Shown: piece by piece, positions 18,789 through 26,327 of the stretch
Layout: the number at the start of each line of letters is the position of its first letter
How positions within the stretch are numbered: the stretch's first letter is position 1
IMG/VR virus record: IMGVR_UViG_3300029309_000111
Coordinates: 1 to 38,130 of that record
Direction: 5' to 3' (one strand)
DNA: 38,130 bases
Origin: a virus
Lineage: Duplodnaviria; Caudoviricetes
Made by a program: the position numbers and the translations under genes
The notes under the pieces: generated by a model
Databases searched by the model: none
Seen by the model: only the letters and a program-made list of their open reading frames with translations
Told to the model about the DNA's origin: nothing

Positions 18789-18941
18789 TCAAGCGGATTT
18801 CTTCAAGACCTTGTCAGCCTCCTTCTGGACTATATGCGTGATTTGCATAGGCACACTGCGGTGTTCCTTGTCTGCAAGATCCTGTAATGTTTTGTATGTA
18901 TCAGTGGGCACTGCCACCGATTTGAACTTCTTTGTATCCAC
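18789..18941 (-). CDS. ribbon-helix-helix (Arc/MetJ-like) DNA-binding regulator, 50 aa
   Basis: GAGGAG RBS and GTG at 18941; FKSVAV strand followed by TDTYKTLQDLADKEHRS VPMQITHIV helices. Confidence 0.7.
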   Translation of the reverse strand: MDTKKFKSVAVPTDTYKTLQDLADKEHRSVPMQITHIVQKEADKVLKKSA

Positions 18942-18965
18942 AATACGCTCCTCTTGATTAAGATA

Positions 18966-19010
18966 CTTTTCACAACTTATCCTATGTATCATCTGATCGT
19001 CAAACAATAA
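18966..19010 (-). promoter_or_regulatory. putative promoter TTGACG-N18-TAAGTT overlapping an operator-like TAAGTTGTGAAAAG
   Basis: Intergenic between the SET and RHH genes; 13/14 identity to 26141-26154. Confidence 0.55.
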
Positions 19011-19016
19011 TTAGGA

Positions 19017-19370
19017 TTACTCGACCCTGTCTTCCCAATAATCTTCACCATAATCGTGCACAATCTCTTCACCTGCTTTGATGTCTCGTAAAGCCACAAA
19101 ACAAATAAAGCGATTGTCCTTCCTCGATATCTGCCACTCTGCGTTCGGATCTGACCCATGGTTGTAGATCATACCTGCACCCAGTACGCAGTAGTAATCG
19201 TTGTCATCATCAGGACTCTGAAAGATATAATCATTGAGCCTGCTGTTTTTCTTTACGTCACAGTTGTCGATGACAATGTAGAAGCACTCCTCAATGATGC
19301 TGCCTCTTGATATGTCCTGTGTGGCAATAACACCCACACCTTCGATGTCTGAATCTGTAACTTTAATCAT
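19017..19370 (-). CDS. minimal SET-domain protein-lysine methyltransferase (vSET-like)
   Basis: EGVGVIATQDI..G.IIE, LGAGMIYNHGSDPN, ALRDIKAGEEIVHDYG..YW: all hallmark SET motifs, with no pre- or post-SET region. Confidence 0.9.
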   Translation of the reverse strand: MIKVTDSDIEGVGVIATQDISRGSIIEECFYIVIDNCDVKKNSRLNDYIFQSPDDDNDYYCVLGAGMIYNHGSDPNAEWQISRKDNRFICFVALRDIKAGEEIVHDYGEDYWEDRVE

Positions 19371-19373
19371 GGA

Positions 19374-20825
19374 CTACTCCTTGCGTGGTGATAGTTCGAG
19401 CCACTGTCTTGCTTCTTCTCCCAGTGTCTTTGCTGACAGATCGATCTTGGCTCGAAGAGTCTTGACGATATGCTCATCGACCGTGCCCTTCGATACGAAG
19501 TCAACATAGGTCACTGTATTCTTCTGACCAATACGATGGCATCGATCCTCTGACTGCACCCTGCTTTCGAGGTTAAAGTCATTCGCGTAATAGATCACGT
19601 TCGATGCGGCGTTCAGAGTCAGACCCTTGCCTGCGGTCTGTGGGTTGCCCACGAAGAATCTCGCATCTCGATCCTGGAATCTTTTTATCGCCAGTTCTCT
19701 GTCGCTGTCGGACGTGTCACCGTAATAATTTACTGTTGAGTCCTCGCCGTATGCCTTCTTCAGTGCGGCCTCGATGTTGCGTATGTCATACCGGAACCTC
19801 GACCAGATGATCACGCCGCCGGACATCTCCTCGATTGTCTCGAGCAAGGCATCGATACGTCTGGTCTTGAACTCAACCAGATCACCATCGTCTGTCATCA
19901 GGTGTCCACACAATACCTGTTGGAGTCTGAGCAACTGTGTCATCACTGCCGGAGCCGACACCAGATCACCGTCATCGAGCAACGCAATAGCTGCATTCTT
20001 CAGTGACATGTAGTGCTTGATCTGATCATCAGTCAGACTGACGTGCCGGACTGTGTAGATCTTGTCGGGCAGATCGAGAGCTTCATCCTTTGTGACTCGA
20101 TACGAAAACTTCTCGAGCTTGGTGCTAAGTTCATCGAGATTTCTGTACCCGACAATCTGTTGGAAGCTGTGCCCACCCATGCGCTGTGTGCGTGTAATGG
20201 CATACCGCCCTTGGAATGAATAGAACGACTCGAATCCAAGCAGGGCTTTGTCCATGAATCCACACTGTGCGTATAGATCCATCGGCGATTTCGTAACGGG
20301 CGATCCGGTAAGTATACGCCGAAACGATGCTGCTTTACCAAGTGCAACCAGAGCCTTAGTCCGCTTGGCTTTCGGGTTCTTAATAGTTGTTGACTCATCA
20401 ACCGCAAGTAGGAAAGTCGAGTCTCGAACAAACTTCTCCACGAACGCTTTGAGTTTTGTTGTTGCAAATCCCTCCACATTGACCAGCAGGATGCGGAGCT
20501 TACCACGCTCCTTGATACCTGATACGAGGTGTTCTTTCTGAGTCTTGTTCGGGTTCGGATTCCAAACATAAACCTCACGTTCAATGTCGTCGTGCAGGTG
20601 GGCTGGGATTTCCGACGTTTGCCAATTGCGATAAACACCTTTGGGTGCAACGACAATAGCGGTGTCGATCTTTTTGTTTTCGTACAGCCATGCCATGTTG
20701 TCGATAAGAACTTTTGATTTACCACAGCCCATCTCCATGAAGTAAGCGTAGTTTATCTTATCGTATGAACGCTCGAGCGCAATGCGCTGATGCTCATACG
20801 GCTGAGTCTTGTATTTGAATTTCAT
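19374..20825 (-). CDS. SNF2-family (SF2) helicase/ATPase
   Basis: MEMGCGKS, VDES..IKN, ILTGSP, G.GLTL..A..VIYY, QSEDRCHRIGQ. Confidence 0.93.
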   Translation of the reverse strand: MKFKYKTQPYEHQRIALERSYDKINYAYFMEMGCGKSKVLIDNMAWLYENKKIDTAIVVAPKGVYRNWQTSEIPAHLHDDIEREVYVWNPNPNKTQKEHLVSGIKERGKLRILLVNVEGFATTKLKAFVEKFVRDSTFLLAVDESTTIKNPKAKRTKALVALGKAASFRRILTGSPVTKSPMDLYAQCGFMDKALLGFESFYSFQGRYAITRTQRMGGHSFQQIVGYRNLDELSTKLEKFSYRVTKDEALDLPDKIYTVRHVSLTDDQIKHYMSLKNAAIALLDDGDLVSAPAVMTQLLRLQQVLCGHLMTDDGDLVEFKTRRIDALLETIEEMSGGVIIWSRFRYDIRNIEAALKKAYGEDSTVNYYGDTSDSDRELAIKRFQDRDARFFVGNPQTAGKGLTLNAASNVIYYANDFNLESRVQSEDRCHRIGQKNTVTYVDFVSKGTVDEHIVKTLRAKIDLSAKTLGEEARQWLELSPRKE

Positions 20826-20837
20826 GATCGCCCCTTG

Positions 20838-21080
20838 CTACTCCTCTACATCGCCTGTCATCAGTGCGTGTTTTGCGGCCTCGAGATGCCAGATAACTTC
20901 AGCCACGTCCTCTATCGTGGTCATCATCTTGACACTGCCATCTGCCGCAGTGCCCACAATGACGGCGCTATCCATCATCTTGCTTGCTATCGCACATACC
21001 GCAGGCACTGATGCCCTTGGCACTTTACTTACTTTCGGCTTTTGCTTCAGATAAACCACATTGTTCTGATCTTCAGTCAT
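20838..21080 (-). CDS. hypothetical protein
   Basis: Probable start MTEDQNNVVYL with GAGGAG RBS; coupled to neighbours. Confidence 0.65.
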   Translation of the reverse strand: MTEDQNNVVYLKQKPKVSKVPRASVPAVCAIASKMMDSAVIVGTAADGSVKMMTTIEDVAEVIWHLEAAKHALMTGDVEE

Positions 21081-21261
21081 CCTGAACTGACTCTCCTCGC
21101 AACTTTGCCAAGGCCACCTTGGCTTTGTTACGCATATCCATGTAAACCTCGAGCCTCTTTCGAGTCTTCTCCGCCTCACGATATAACCCTGAGTCCATGA
21201 GTAATGTCAACTCATCGTCCAGAATGCGTATGATTCTGTCCATCGACTTTGTATCACTCAT
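21073..21261 (-). CDS. hypothetical helical protein
   Basis: Probable start MSDTKSMDRII after an AGGGG RBS. Confidence 0.6.
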   Translation of the reverse strand: MSDTKSMDRIIRILDDELTLLMDSGLYREAEKTRKRLEVYMDMRNKAKVALAKLRGESVQDD

Positions 21262-21263
21262 TG

Positions 21264-22577
21264 CTATCCCCTTTTCTTTTTCAAATTGTAATCGTGAATG
21301 ATCACACCCAGATCCGCATTGCCTCGAGTGTGAGGCGGTATCCATGTTCTCTTGACAACATTACCGAACCTGTCTCGTTCAACGGCTCTCCAATGTCCTC
21401 GAACCTCGTGCTGCCTCTTTGGCGAACCTTGCCCCGTGAACATCTGTTCATAGACGTTCTTGCCTCTGGGCTTGGGCAACTGCACATCGATAAGTTTGTA
21501 TTCGTTCTTCGGAACTTTCTTGCCAAGCCTGATGTGATCAATCTTTTTCTTTGGCACCTTGTTCTCGAACACAACCAGATCATAATTTAGAATAGATAAC
21601 AGAGGGATCAGAAACCGCAGATCGCCTGTCATCCTTCTAAGACAAGTCGATTCCATGTGTGCCATCTCTCGAATATCCCAACCCATTTCCCATCTATCTT
21701 TGTGAACAAGCATTGCCATGCTGTTGGTTTGTGCTATGGCTGTTCTGTTGAAGATCTCTTCCAGATAACGAGCTTGCTCTTTGTTTGTTTCATGCTGTTC
21801 GACATACCAAGGAGCCAACATCTCAGTGCATGATACTGTTTGAGATGACCTCATCGATGTTAAATCATTCATATAATTTAATTCTGGAGTCGTGCTCTCT
21901 GCGACAGGCTTATCAAACGTGCCCTCGTTCGAGAGATAAAAACCGATAGGAAGGATATTTGCTGCACCATTCTCTTGGTTCGAAAAATACTTGGTAAACA
22001 AAAACTGATCGTTCAACCTCATGATGTGATACCCAACTTTATGAGTGGGATTACCCCCTTTTGCGACCTCGTATTTTTGATCTACCCCTCGTCTTTTCAG
22101 CCACTCATCAAAACATTTTTTTCTGGCATGAGTCCGGGCTAACTCATTCCATTCAATCCACATATTGTCAAAACATGGCACGGCTCTAAACAACATATCC
22201 AAAAGTCTTTTTGGTTCTTTAAAACTTGCCTCCACAATATCTAGCATTAGATCATTGCTGACCATAAACTTTTGAGCCTTAGAGATATTGATCTGTGTAT
22301 TTATACGAGCAGACTCAGCATATTTCCCACCTTTGTAATCTAGATCATAACACTTTATCCCTCTCTTTGGCTGTGTAAGACAGGCAAGAGTAGAGTTGGC
22401 AAGAGTCGGCGCATCAAGATCAATTTCCGACAGACTCGTAAGATCTTCAATATCAAGTGTTGTTTCTTCAACATGTCCACCCTGTTCAAAGGACATCAGT
22501 TCCGCTCTACTGTGTTTTAAACCGTTCCTCTGTTCATTAATTTTATCCATCATTTCTTTCAATGGATCTTCTGCCAT
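21264..22577 (-). CDS. conserved phage protein with C-terminal H..RGHWR motif
   Basis: Start MAEDPLK with GAGGGG RBS; PCFDNMWIEW and SPKRQHEVRGHWR...W..PH.RG...G.I.HDY. Confidence 0.7.
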   Translation of the reverse strand: MAEDPLKEMMDKINEQRNGLKHSRAELMSFEQGGHVEETTLDIEDLTSLSEIDLDAPTLANSTLACLTQPKRGIKCYDLDYKGGKYAESARINTQINISKAQKFMVSNDLMLDIVEASFKEPKRLLDMLFRAVPCFDNMWIEWNELARTHARKKCFDEWLKRRGVDQKYEVAKGGNPTHKVGYHIMRLNDQFLFTKYFSNQENGAANILPIGFYLSNEGTFDKPVAESTTPELNYMNDLTSMRSSQTVSCTEMLAPWYVEQHETNKEQARYLEEIFNRTAIAQTNSMAMLVHKDRWEMGWDIREMAHMESTCLRRMTGDLRFLIPLLSILNYDLVVFENKVPKKKIDHIRLGKKVPKNEYKLIDVQLPKPRGKNVYEQMFTGQGSPKRQHEVRGHWRAVERDRFGNVVKRTWIPPHTRGNADLGVIIHDYNLKKKRG

Positions 22578-22579
22578 GA

Positions 22580-22885
22580 CTAACCCCTCAAGATCCTGTG
22601 CCACGCCAAGGCTATCTTTTCTGCCTCTTCCTTGGAGTCGAATATCTTTTCGTTCACGACTCCTTCAATTAGTTTAACTGCATCAGACCAGTCCATCTCC
22701 TCGATGGGCGTTGCTTCCGACTCTGTCAGCATTGACTCCTCCTTTGCTGCATTATCAATAATCGTCAGACCACAGGACGTGCACCTAGCCTGCGACTCAC
22801 CGCTCATAACAACTTGAGCCTCGCACCTTGGACAGCGGCCATCCTCGATGGCCTTGCCCCATGATCCATCCCCTTCAATGATCAT
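22580..22885 (-). CDS. zinc-ribbon protein
   Basis: CPRC...CTSC; ATGA coupling. Confidence 0.65.
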   Translation of the reverse strand: MIIEGDGSWGKAIEDGRCPRCEAQVVMSGESQARCTSCGLTIIDNAAKEESMLTESEATPIEEMDWSDAVKLIEGVVNEKIFDSKEEAEKIALAWHRILRG

Positions 22886-23037
22886 TTAAATATTACCTTG
22901 CGACCTTGTGTATATAACGACAATGGTATTACGAACTCGTCTGGTTCTTCATCAGGCTCCATACCAGACTCTATCTGATTGCGTTGGAGTTGCTGAAAAT
23001 CATCCATGACTTCCTTTTCTGCCTCTTCCTTGGAGTC
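22616..23037. repeat. 24-bp exact direct repeat CTTTTCTGCCTCTTCCTTGGAGTC at 22616-22639 and 23014-23037
   Basis: Read directly; both copies lie in a shared FDSKEEAEK peptide of adjacent genes. Confidence 0.9.
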
Positions 23038-23127
23038 AAACAGAGCGGGATTGTCTTCGCCGTCCATCACGGCCTGCCAGCCATCGCACACAGTATCGAA
23101 CACGATCACATATTTTTCTAATGACAT
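22882..23127 (-). CDS. hypothetical acidic early protein
   Basis: GAGGAG RBS; overlap-coupled in the leftward operon. Confidence 0.65.
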   Translation of the reverse strand: MSLEKYVIVFDTVCDGWQAVMDGEDNPALFDSKEEAEKEVMDDFQQLQRNQIESGMEPDEEPDEFVIPLSLYTQGRKVIFK

Positions 23128-23354
23128 GTCTCATCCTCCTCGTCAGTTAGATTGTTCGAAGCACACACCATCGATGCAGTCATGAGTCGCATCAGTTCAG
23201 GCGTGTTGCCCATATTGTTTTGCATGGCAAGAGTCAGACCTGCGGACATCAACAGGTAGGATGCAAAGTCAACGTCCAGATCCATGGACTCGAACTTACG
23301 CAACAGATCCTGCACCTGCCTGCCAGCTTTCAACTTGTCCTTTGCCTCAGTCAT
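23118..23354 (-). CDS. hypothetical early protein
   Basis: Overlap-coupled ORF in the leftward operon. Confidence 0.6.
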   Translation of the reverse strand: MTEAKDKLKAGRQVQDLLRKFESMDLDVDFASYLLMSAGLTLAMQNNMGNTPELMRLMTASMVCASNNLTDEEDETCH

Positions 23355-23583
23355 CTAGCACCACGCCCCCATATGCTTCTTTGCCTGCGGACTCTTGATG
23401 CTCAGTCCAGATCTCAGACAGCATATTCATCACGTCATCAAGACCCATGTGATTCACCAGATCCATATGACTCTCCATCTTGCTGGAGAACTCGTGCCAC
23501 GTTTCACAATCATCAGCCACCATGACAGCCTTGTCCTCGAACTTCTCTTCGAGATCCATGATCCATGCTTTGACCTTACCCAT
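23347..23583 (-). CDS. hypothetical early protein
   Basis: Probable start MGKVKAWIMDLEE with AAGGAG RBS. Confidence 0.65.
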   Translation of the reverse strand: MGKVKAWIMDLEEKFEDKAVMVADDCETWHEFSSKMESHMDLVNHMGLDDVMNMLSEIWTEHQESAGKEAYGGVVLDD

Positions 23584-23779
23584 GTGCAGTCTCCTTAAAA
23601 AGCATACCAGTCGCCTTCTTGGCGTTCCTGATAGTACGCTCCTCATAGCCCCACAGATCCTCGCCATTGCCGGACTTGAACATTGACGATAAGCCAACGC
23701 CCGAAAACAAATGAGTCTCGACTCTGCGGATCGTGCCGTGCCGATCAAAGTCATCGGCTCTTGGATCATCCTCAAACAT
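23576..23779 (-). CDS. hypothetical early protein
   Basis: AAGGAGG RBS; TAATG coupling. Confidence 0.6.
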   Translation of the reverse strand: MFEDDPRADDFDRHGTIRRVETHLFSGVGLSSMFKSGNGEDLWGYEERTIRNAKKATGMLFKETAHG

Positions 23780-24000
23780 TACGCGACCTCCTTGTTTTGC
23801 TCGATGTCACGTTCCATACGATCAGTGATCGCACTCAATAGCAGATGAGTCGCATGTTGCGGATCTGGGGCACAATCGTAGGATAGCTCGACCACAAACC
23901 TAGACATTACGTTCGCAACAGCAAATGGTGTTGCACCTTGAATGCTGAACTCCTCAGTCACGTCCAGCAGACGCTCATAGATATCTTCATACTTCATCAC
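23779..24000 (-). CDS. hypothetical early protein
   Basis: AAGGAGG RBS; start is GTG at 24000 or ATG at 23997. Confidence 0.65.
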   Translation of the reverse strand: MMKYEDIYERLLDVTEEFSIQGATPFAVANVMSRFVVELSYDCAPDPQHATHLLLSAITDRMERDIEQNKEVA

Positions 24001-24148
24001 GCGACCTCCTTATCGTTATTGGTTTGGACATGGCTCCCTTCAGCCATGCCCGATTGTTTATTCTAAGATGCATTTGCCTCGATAGTACAGGCTTACGAAT
24101 TGCAATCGTGCGGACAATGACCTGCTTGTTGGTTTGTAGCTTTGTCAT
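23987..24148 (-). CDS. hypothetical basic 53-aa protein (not in ORF track)
   Basis: MTKLQTNKQVIVRTIAIRKPVLSRQMHLRINNRAWLKGAMSKPITIRRSRDEV*; TAATG coupling and GAGG RBS. Confidence 0.55.
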   Translation of the reverse strand: MTKLQTNKQVIVRTIAIRKPVLSRQMHLRINNRAWLKGAMSKPITIRRSRDEV

Positions 24149-24378
24149 TATGCCGACCTCACCATCGCAAAAATATGATCCTTCACGTCCTGATAGGACT
24201 CCGCAACAAAGTGCCCATCATGACGGCTCAACCCATCATTGACCACGGTCACCGTGCGCTCAGTCTCGCCCCACCGGATCGTCCGCTCAGAGACAGCGAA
24301 CCTGTCTCCGACCAAAAATATTTTGTCCGCATCGCGGCCTGTCAGGTGATCCACCTGCGTCAGTTCAAGCGTAATCAT
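24148..24378 (-). CDS. hypothetical early protein
   Basis: Probable start MITLELTQV with GAGGTG RBS. Confidence 0.6.
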   Translation of the reverse strand: MITLELTQVDHLTGRDADKIFLVGDRFAVSERTIRWGETERTVTVVNDGLSRHDGHFVAESYQDVKDHIFAMVRSA

Positions 24379-24799
24379 GCTGCACCTCTCTGCGATCAAG
24401 CTCTGCCCTATCAGCCAGTTCAGCTTCAACCGCTGACATGGCATCGACCATGAACGCACTCGATACCGACCACCGATCCTCACCGCCATGCAGGTTGAGT
24501 CCATGCTTCGACCAGTCAGTCAGAGTCTTGCCGTTCAAGATCTCATCAAACTTCAAACTAGACAGATAGTACCGACCCACGAACTGACCATACTCTTCAG
24601 CCAGATAGGCTTCAGTCTTATCATCAGACCTGCACATCTTCACCGCCGCCATCGAGTCCATATCGTAGAACTCGATCATCGGCTCAGTCTCATCGTGTGT
24701 CAGACAATGTTTGAGTCCATAGCCGTCACCCTCGAACACGATGCGAACGCACCACCGGACTCCAGACTCAGGATCAATAGCTTTATACGTTACAGACAT
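24365..24799 (-). CDS. conserved hypothetical phage/plasmid protein
   Basis: AAGGAG RBS; VRIV..GD.YG...CL.HD...PMIEFYD...GQFV.RYY...GL.L.GG...W pattern. Confidence 0.65.
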   Translation of the reverse strand: MSVTYKAIDPESGVRWCVRIVFEGDGYGLKHCLTHDETEPMIEFYDMDSMAAVKMCRSDDKTEAYLAEEYGQFVGRYYLSSLKFDEILNGKTLTDWSKHGLNLHGGEDRWSVSSAFMVDAMSAVEAELADRAELDRREVQHDYA

Positions 24800-24803
24800 T
24801 CCT

Positions 24804-25028
24804 CTACTCCTTATCTACAGGGTTGTGCTGATGAATGACATATTGAAACGTATCCCAACTAATGCCGTGGTTGGCATCAAAGCCATTGGCAATGTCATGC
24901 AATACATCTTCCATCTGATCTTCAGTCAACGTGACACCCATCTGCTCACAGACCGCCGCCACATCTTCTAGATACCAGTCGTCTCTGATGAACGGCTTGC
25001 CATCTTCGGTATAATCAATGTGTGCCAT
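24804..25028 (-). CDS. hypothetical early protein
   Basis: GGAG RBS; W..EDV...LT..Q...VL......FDAN.GI.W pattern. Confidence 0.65.
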   Translation of the reverse strand: MAHIDYTEDGKPFIRDDWYLEDVAAVCEQMGVTLTEDQMEDVLHDIANGFDANHGISWDTFQYVIHQHNPVDKE

Positions 25029-25029
25029 A

Positions 25030-25197
25030 TTATTCTCCCAAATCCATTAAGTGAGCATCTGTCTTACAAACCCCACAACCTTTAAAAAAACCGTCCTTAT
25101 CCTTCAACAATTCCAAACCATCCTCAAAATACACCGTCATGCACTTGTTGCACCGACAACTTTTTTCTTCATAATTTTTGGAGTCAGCCACAGTCAT
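25030..25197 (-). CDS. small zinc-ribbon protein, 55 aa (not in ORF track)
   Basis: MTVADSKNYEEKSCRCNKCMTVYFEDGLELLKDKDGFFKGCGVCKTDAHLMDLGE*. Confidence 0.6.
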   Translation of the reverse strand: MTVADSKNYEEKSCRCNKCMTVYFEDGLELLKDKDGFFKGCGVCKTDAHLMDLGE

Positions 25198-25399
25198 TTC
25201 CGAACACCCCCTCGATAATTTTTATAGAATTTTCATTAGCCTCGATCCTGCCCTGATGCCTCATCACCCGACCATGGCTCAAAATTAACTCACGAATATT
25301 CATAAGCATTTCGGGCGGAACATCACGAGCGCCGCACAATTCAAAAACATCCACAATCACATCCACAATTCTATTCACGTCTTTAACTTCATCAGTCAT
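25184..25399 (-). CDS. hypothetical early protein
   Basis: Start MTDEVKDV lies in the repeated GGATCAAACCAATGA junction. Confidence 0.65.
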   Translation of the reverse strand: MTDEVKDVNRIVDVIVDVFELCGARDVPPEMLMNIRELILSHGRVMRHQGRIEANENSIKIIEGVFGNDCG

Positions 25400-25688
25400 T
25401 GGTTTGATCCTCCTCAAAAATGCCCTCGAACATGAAGACTTCACAGTTATCGTCAAGCAACTCACGCAACTTCTCACGCAGTTGATCATGCAAAGTGTCA
25501 GGATCTGTGCCCTTGGGAGCCTTGACGCTGATGATGCTGTCCAGCGTAAAGTCGAATGAAACTAAGGTTTGATCCCTTCCATTTCCAATGCAACTTTCAC
25601 AAACTATGTTCCCGTTGATATTTTCAACTAACGGACAACTCTCATCATTTTCTTCACCGCAGTAATCACAAACATATTCTTCAGTCAT
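25392..25688 (-). CDS. zinc-finger early protein
   Basis: Start MTEEYVCDYC lies in the repeated junction; CDYC...CESC. Confidence 0.65.
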   Translation of the reverse strand: MTEEYVCDYCGEENDESCPLVENINGNIVCESCIGNGRDQTLVSFDFTLDSIISVKAPKGTDPDTLHDQLREKLRELLDDNCEVFMFEGIFEEDQTND

Positions 25689-25855
25689 TGGTTTGATCCC
25701 CACTCCCCCATGAATTCATGAAATTCTGTTGCGTATGTTTGTTCAGTCAGTCTAATAAACATCTGCTCCTGAGCAAATCCAATCAGCGTTTCCATATCCC
25801 ATGTATCAACATATTTAGCGCAGGCTTCAGCGATATGTTTATCTGTGTATTTCAT
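25685..25855 (-). CDS. hypothetical 56-aa early protein (not in ORF track)
   Basis: MKYTDKHIAEACAKYVDTWDMETLIGFAQEQMFIRLTEQTYATEFHEFMGEWGSNQ*; starts and stops inside junction repeats. Confidence 0.65.
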   Translation of the reverse strand: MKYTDKHIAEACAKYVDTWDMETLIGFAQEQMFIRLTEQTYATEFHEFMGEWGSNQ

Positions 25856-26061
25856 TGGTTTGATCCTTCCAATTTGGTTGCGAGTGAAACAATACAGTTA
25901 TTCAACTCCTGTGCTATTGGATACATGTCCTTCGCGATTTCAATGTCAGTTGAATGACGCAGATGCCCATCAACGCAAACACTGAACTTGTCGAATGTAT
26001 CTTGTAACCTCCACATCACTTCGCGAATTTCCTGTATTTCTTTTTGATTTCCATATGTCAT
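25852..26061 (-). CDS. hypothetical early protein (first gene of the long leftward operon)
   Basis: AAGGGG RBS; downstream of a predicted promoter; ends GSNQ* in a junction repeat. Confidence 0.65.
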   Translation of the reverse strand: MTYGNQKEIQEIREVMWRLQDTFDKFSVCVDGHLRHSTDIEIAKDMYPIAQELNNCIVSLATKLEGSNQ

Positions 26062-26130
26062 TGGTTTGATCCCCTTGTAGCTTGAACCTTGAACCTCGAA
26101 CCTGTATGGTTTGAGTAATTTATTTTGAAC

Positions 26131-26159
26131 ACCGTATCACCTTTTCCCAACTTACACAA
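26131..26159 (-). promoter_or_regulatory. sigma70-type early promoter TTGTGT-N17-TACGGT (extended TG)
   Basis: Exact 17-bp spacer containing AGTTGGGAAAA; points into the leftward operon. Confidence 0.6.
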
Positions 26160-26217
26160 TAGTACATGGGAATAAAAGATACAGAAAACAAGTGCCATAT
26201 AATGTTTTTTCTGGGTA

Positions 26218-26327
26218 ACAAAAAATATTTTTATTTTTTTTATATTTGCTGGAACAAATGGAACAAATGGAACAATCCTTACTGGACAACGATTGTAGCT
26301 GTTCCACTTGTGTTCCACTGTACCACT
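26218..26327. repeat. origin-like region: AT tract plus 3 direct and 3 inverted TGGAACA-type repeats
   Basis: TGGAACAA at 26250, 26259 and 26268; TGTTCCA at 26300 and 26311; TGTACCA at 26319; A/T-only tract about 26220-26247. Confidence 0.7.

Larger units (their letters stand above)
25396..26072 (-). repeat. four exact 15-bp GGATCAAACCAATGA gene-junction repeats
   Basis: Copies at 25396-25410, 25685-25699, 25852-25866 and 26058-26072; partial copy at 25566-25575. Confidence 0.92.

Noticed and set aside
22616-23037. Diversity-generating retroelement template/variable repeat pair
   Set aside because: The repeat is too short, shows no series of adenine-specific mismatches, and no reverse transcriptase is in the window.
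19374-24800. Apparent abundance of ATCGAT/TCGA words
   Set aside because: It is plausibly due to ATC-GAN and CTC-GAN codon pairs. I could not compute observed/expected counts, so no claim is made.
25396-26072. Possible CRISPR or mini-array
   Set aside because: The repeats are only 15 bp, spacings are unequal (167-289 bp), the spacers are protein-coding genes, and no cas genes are present.
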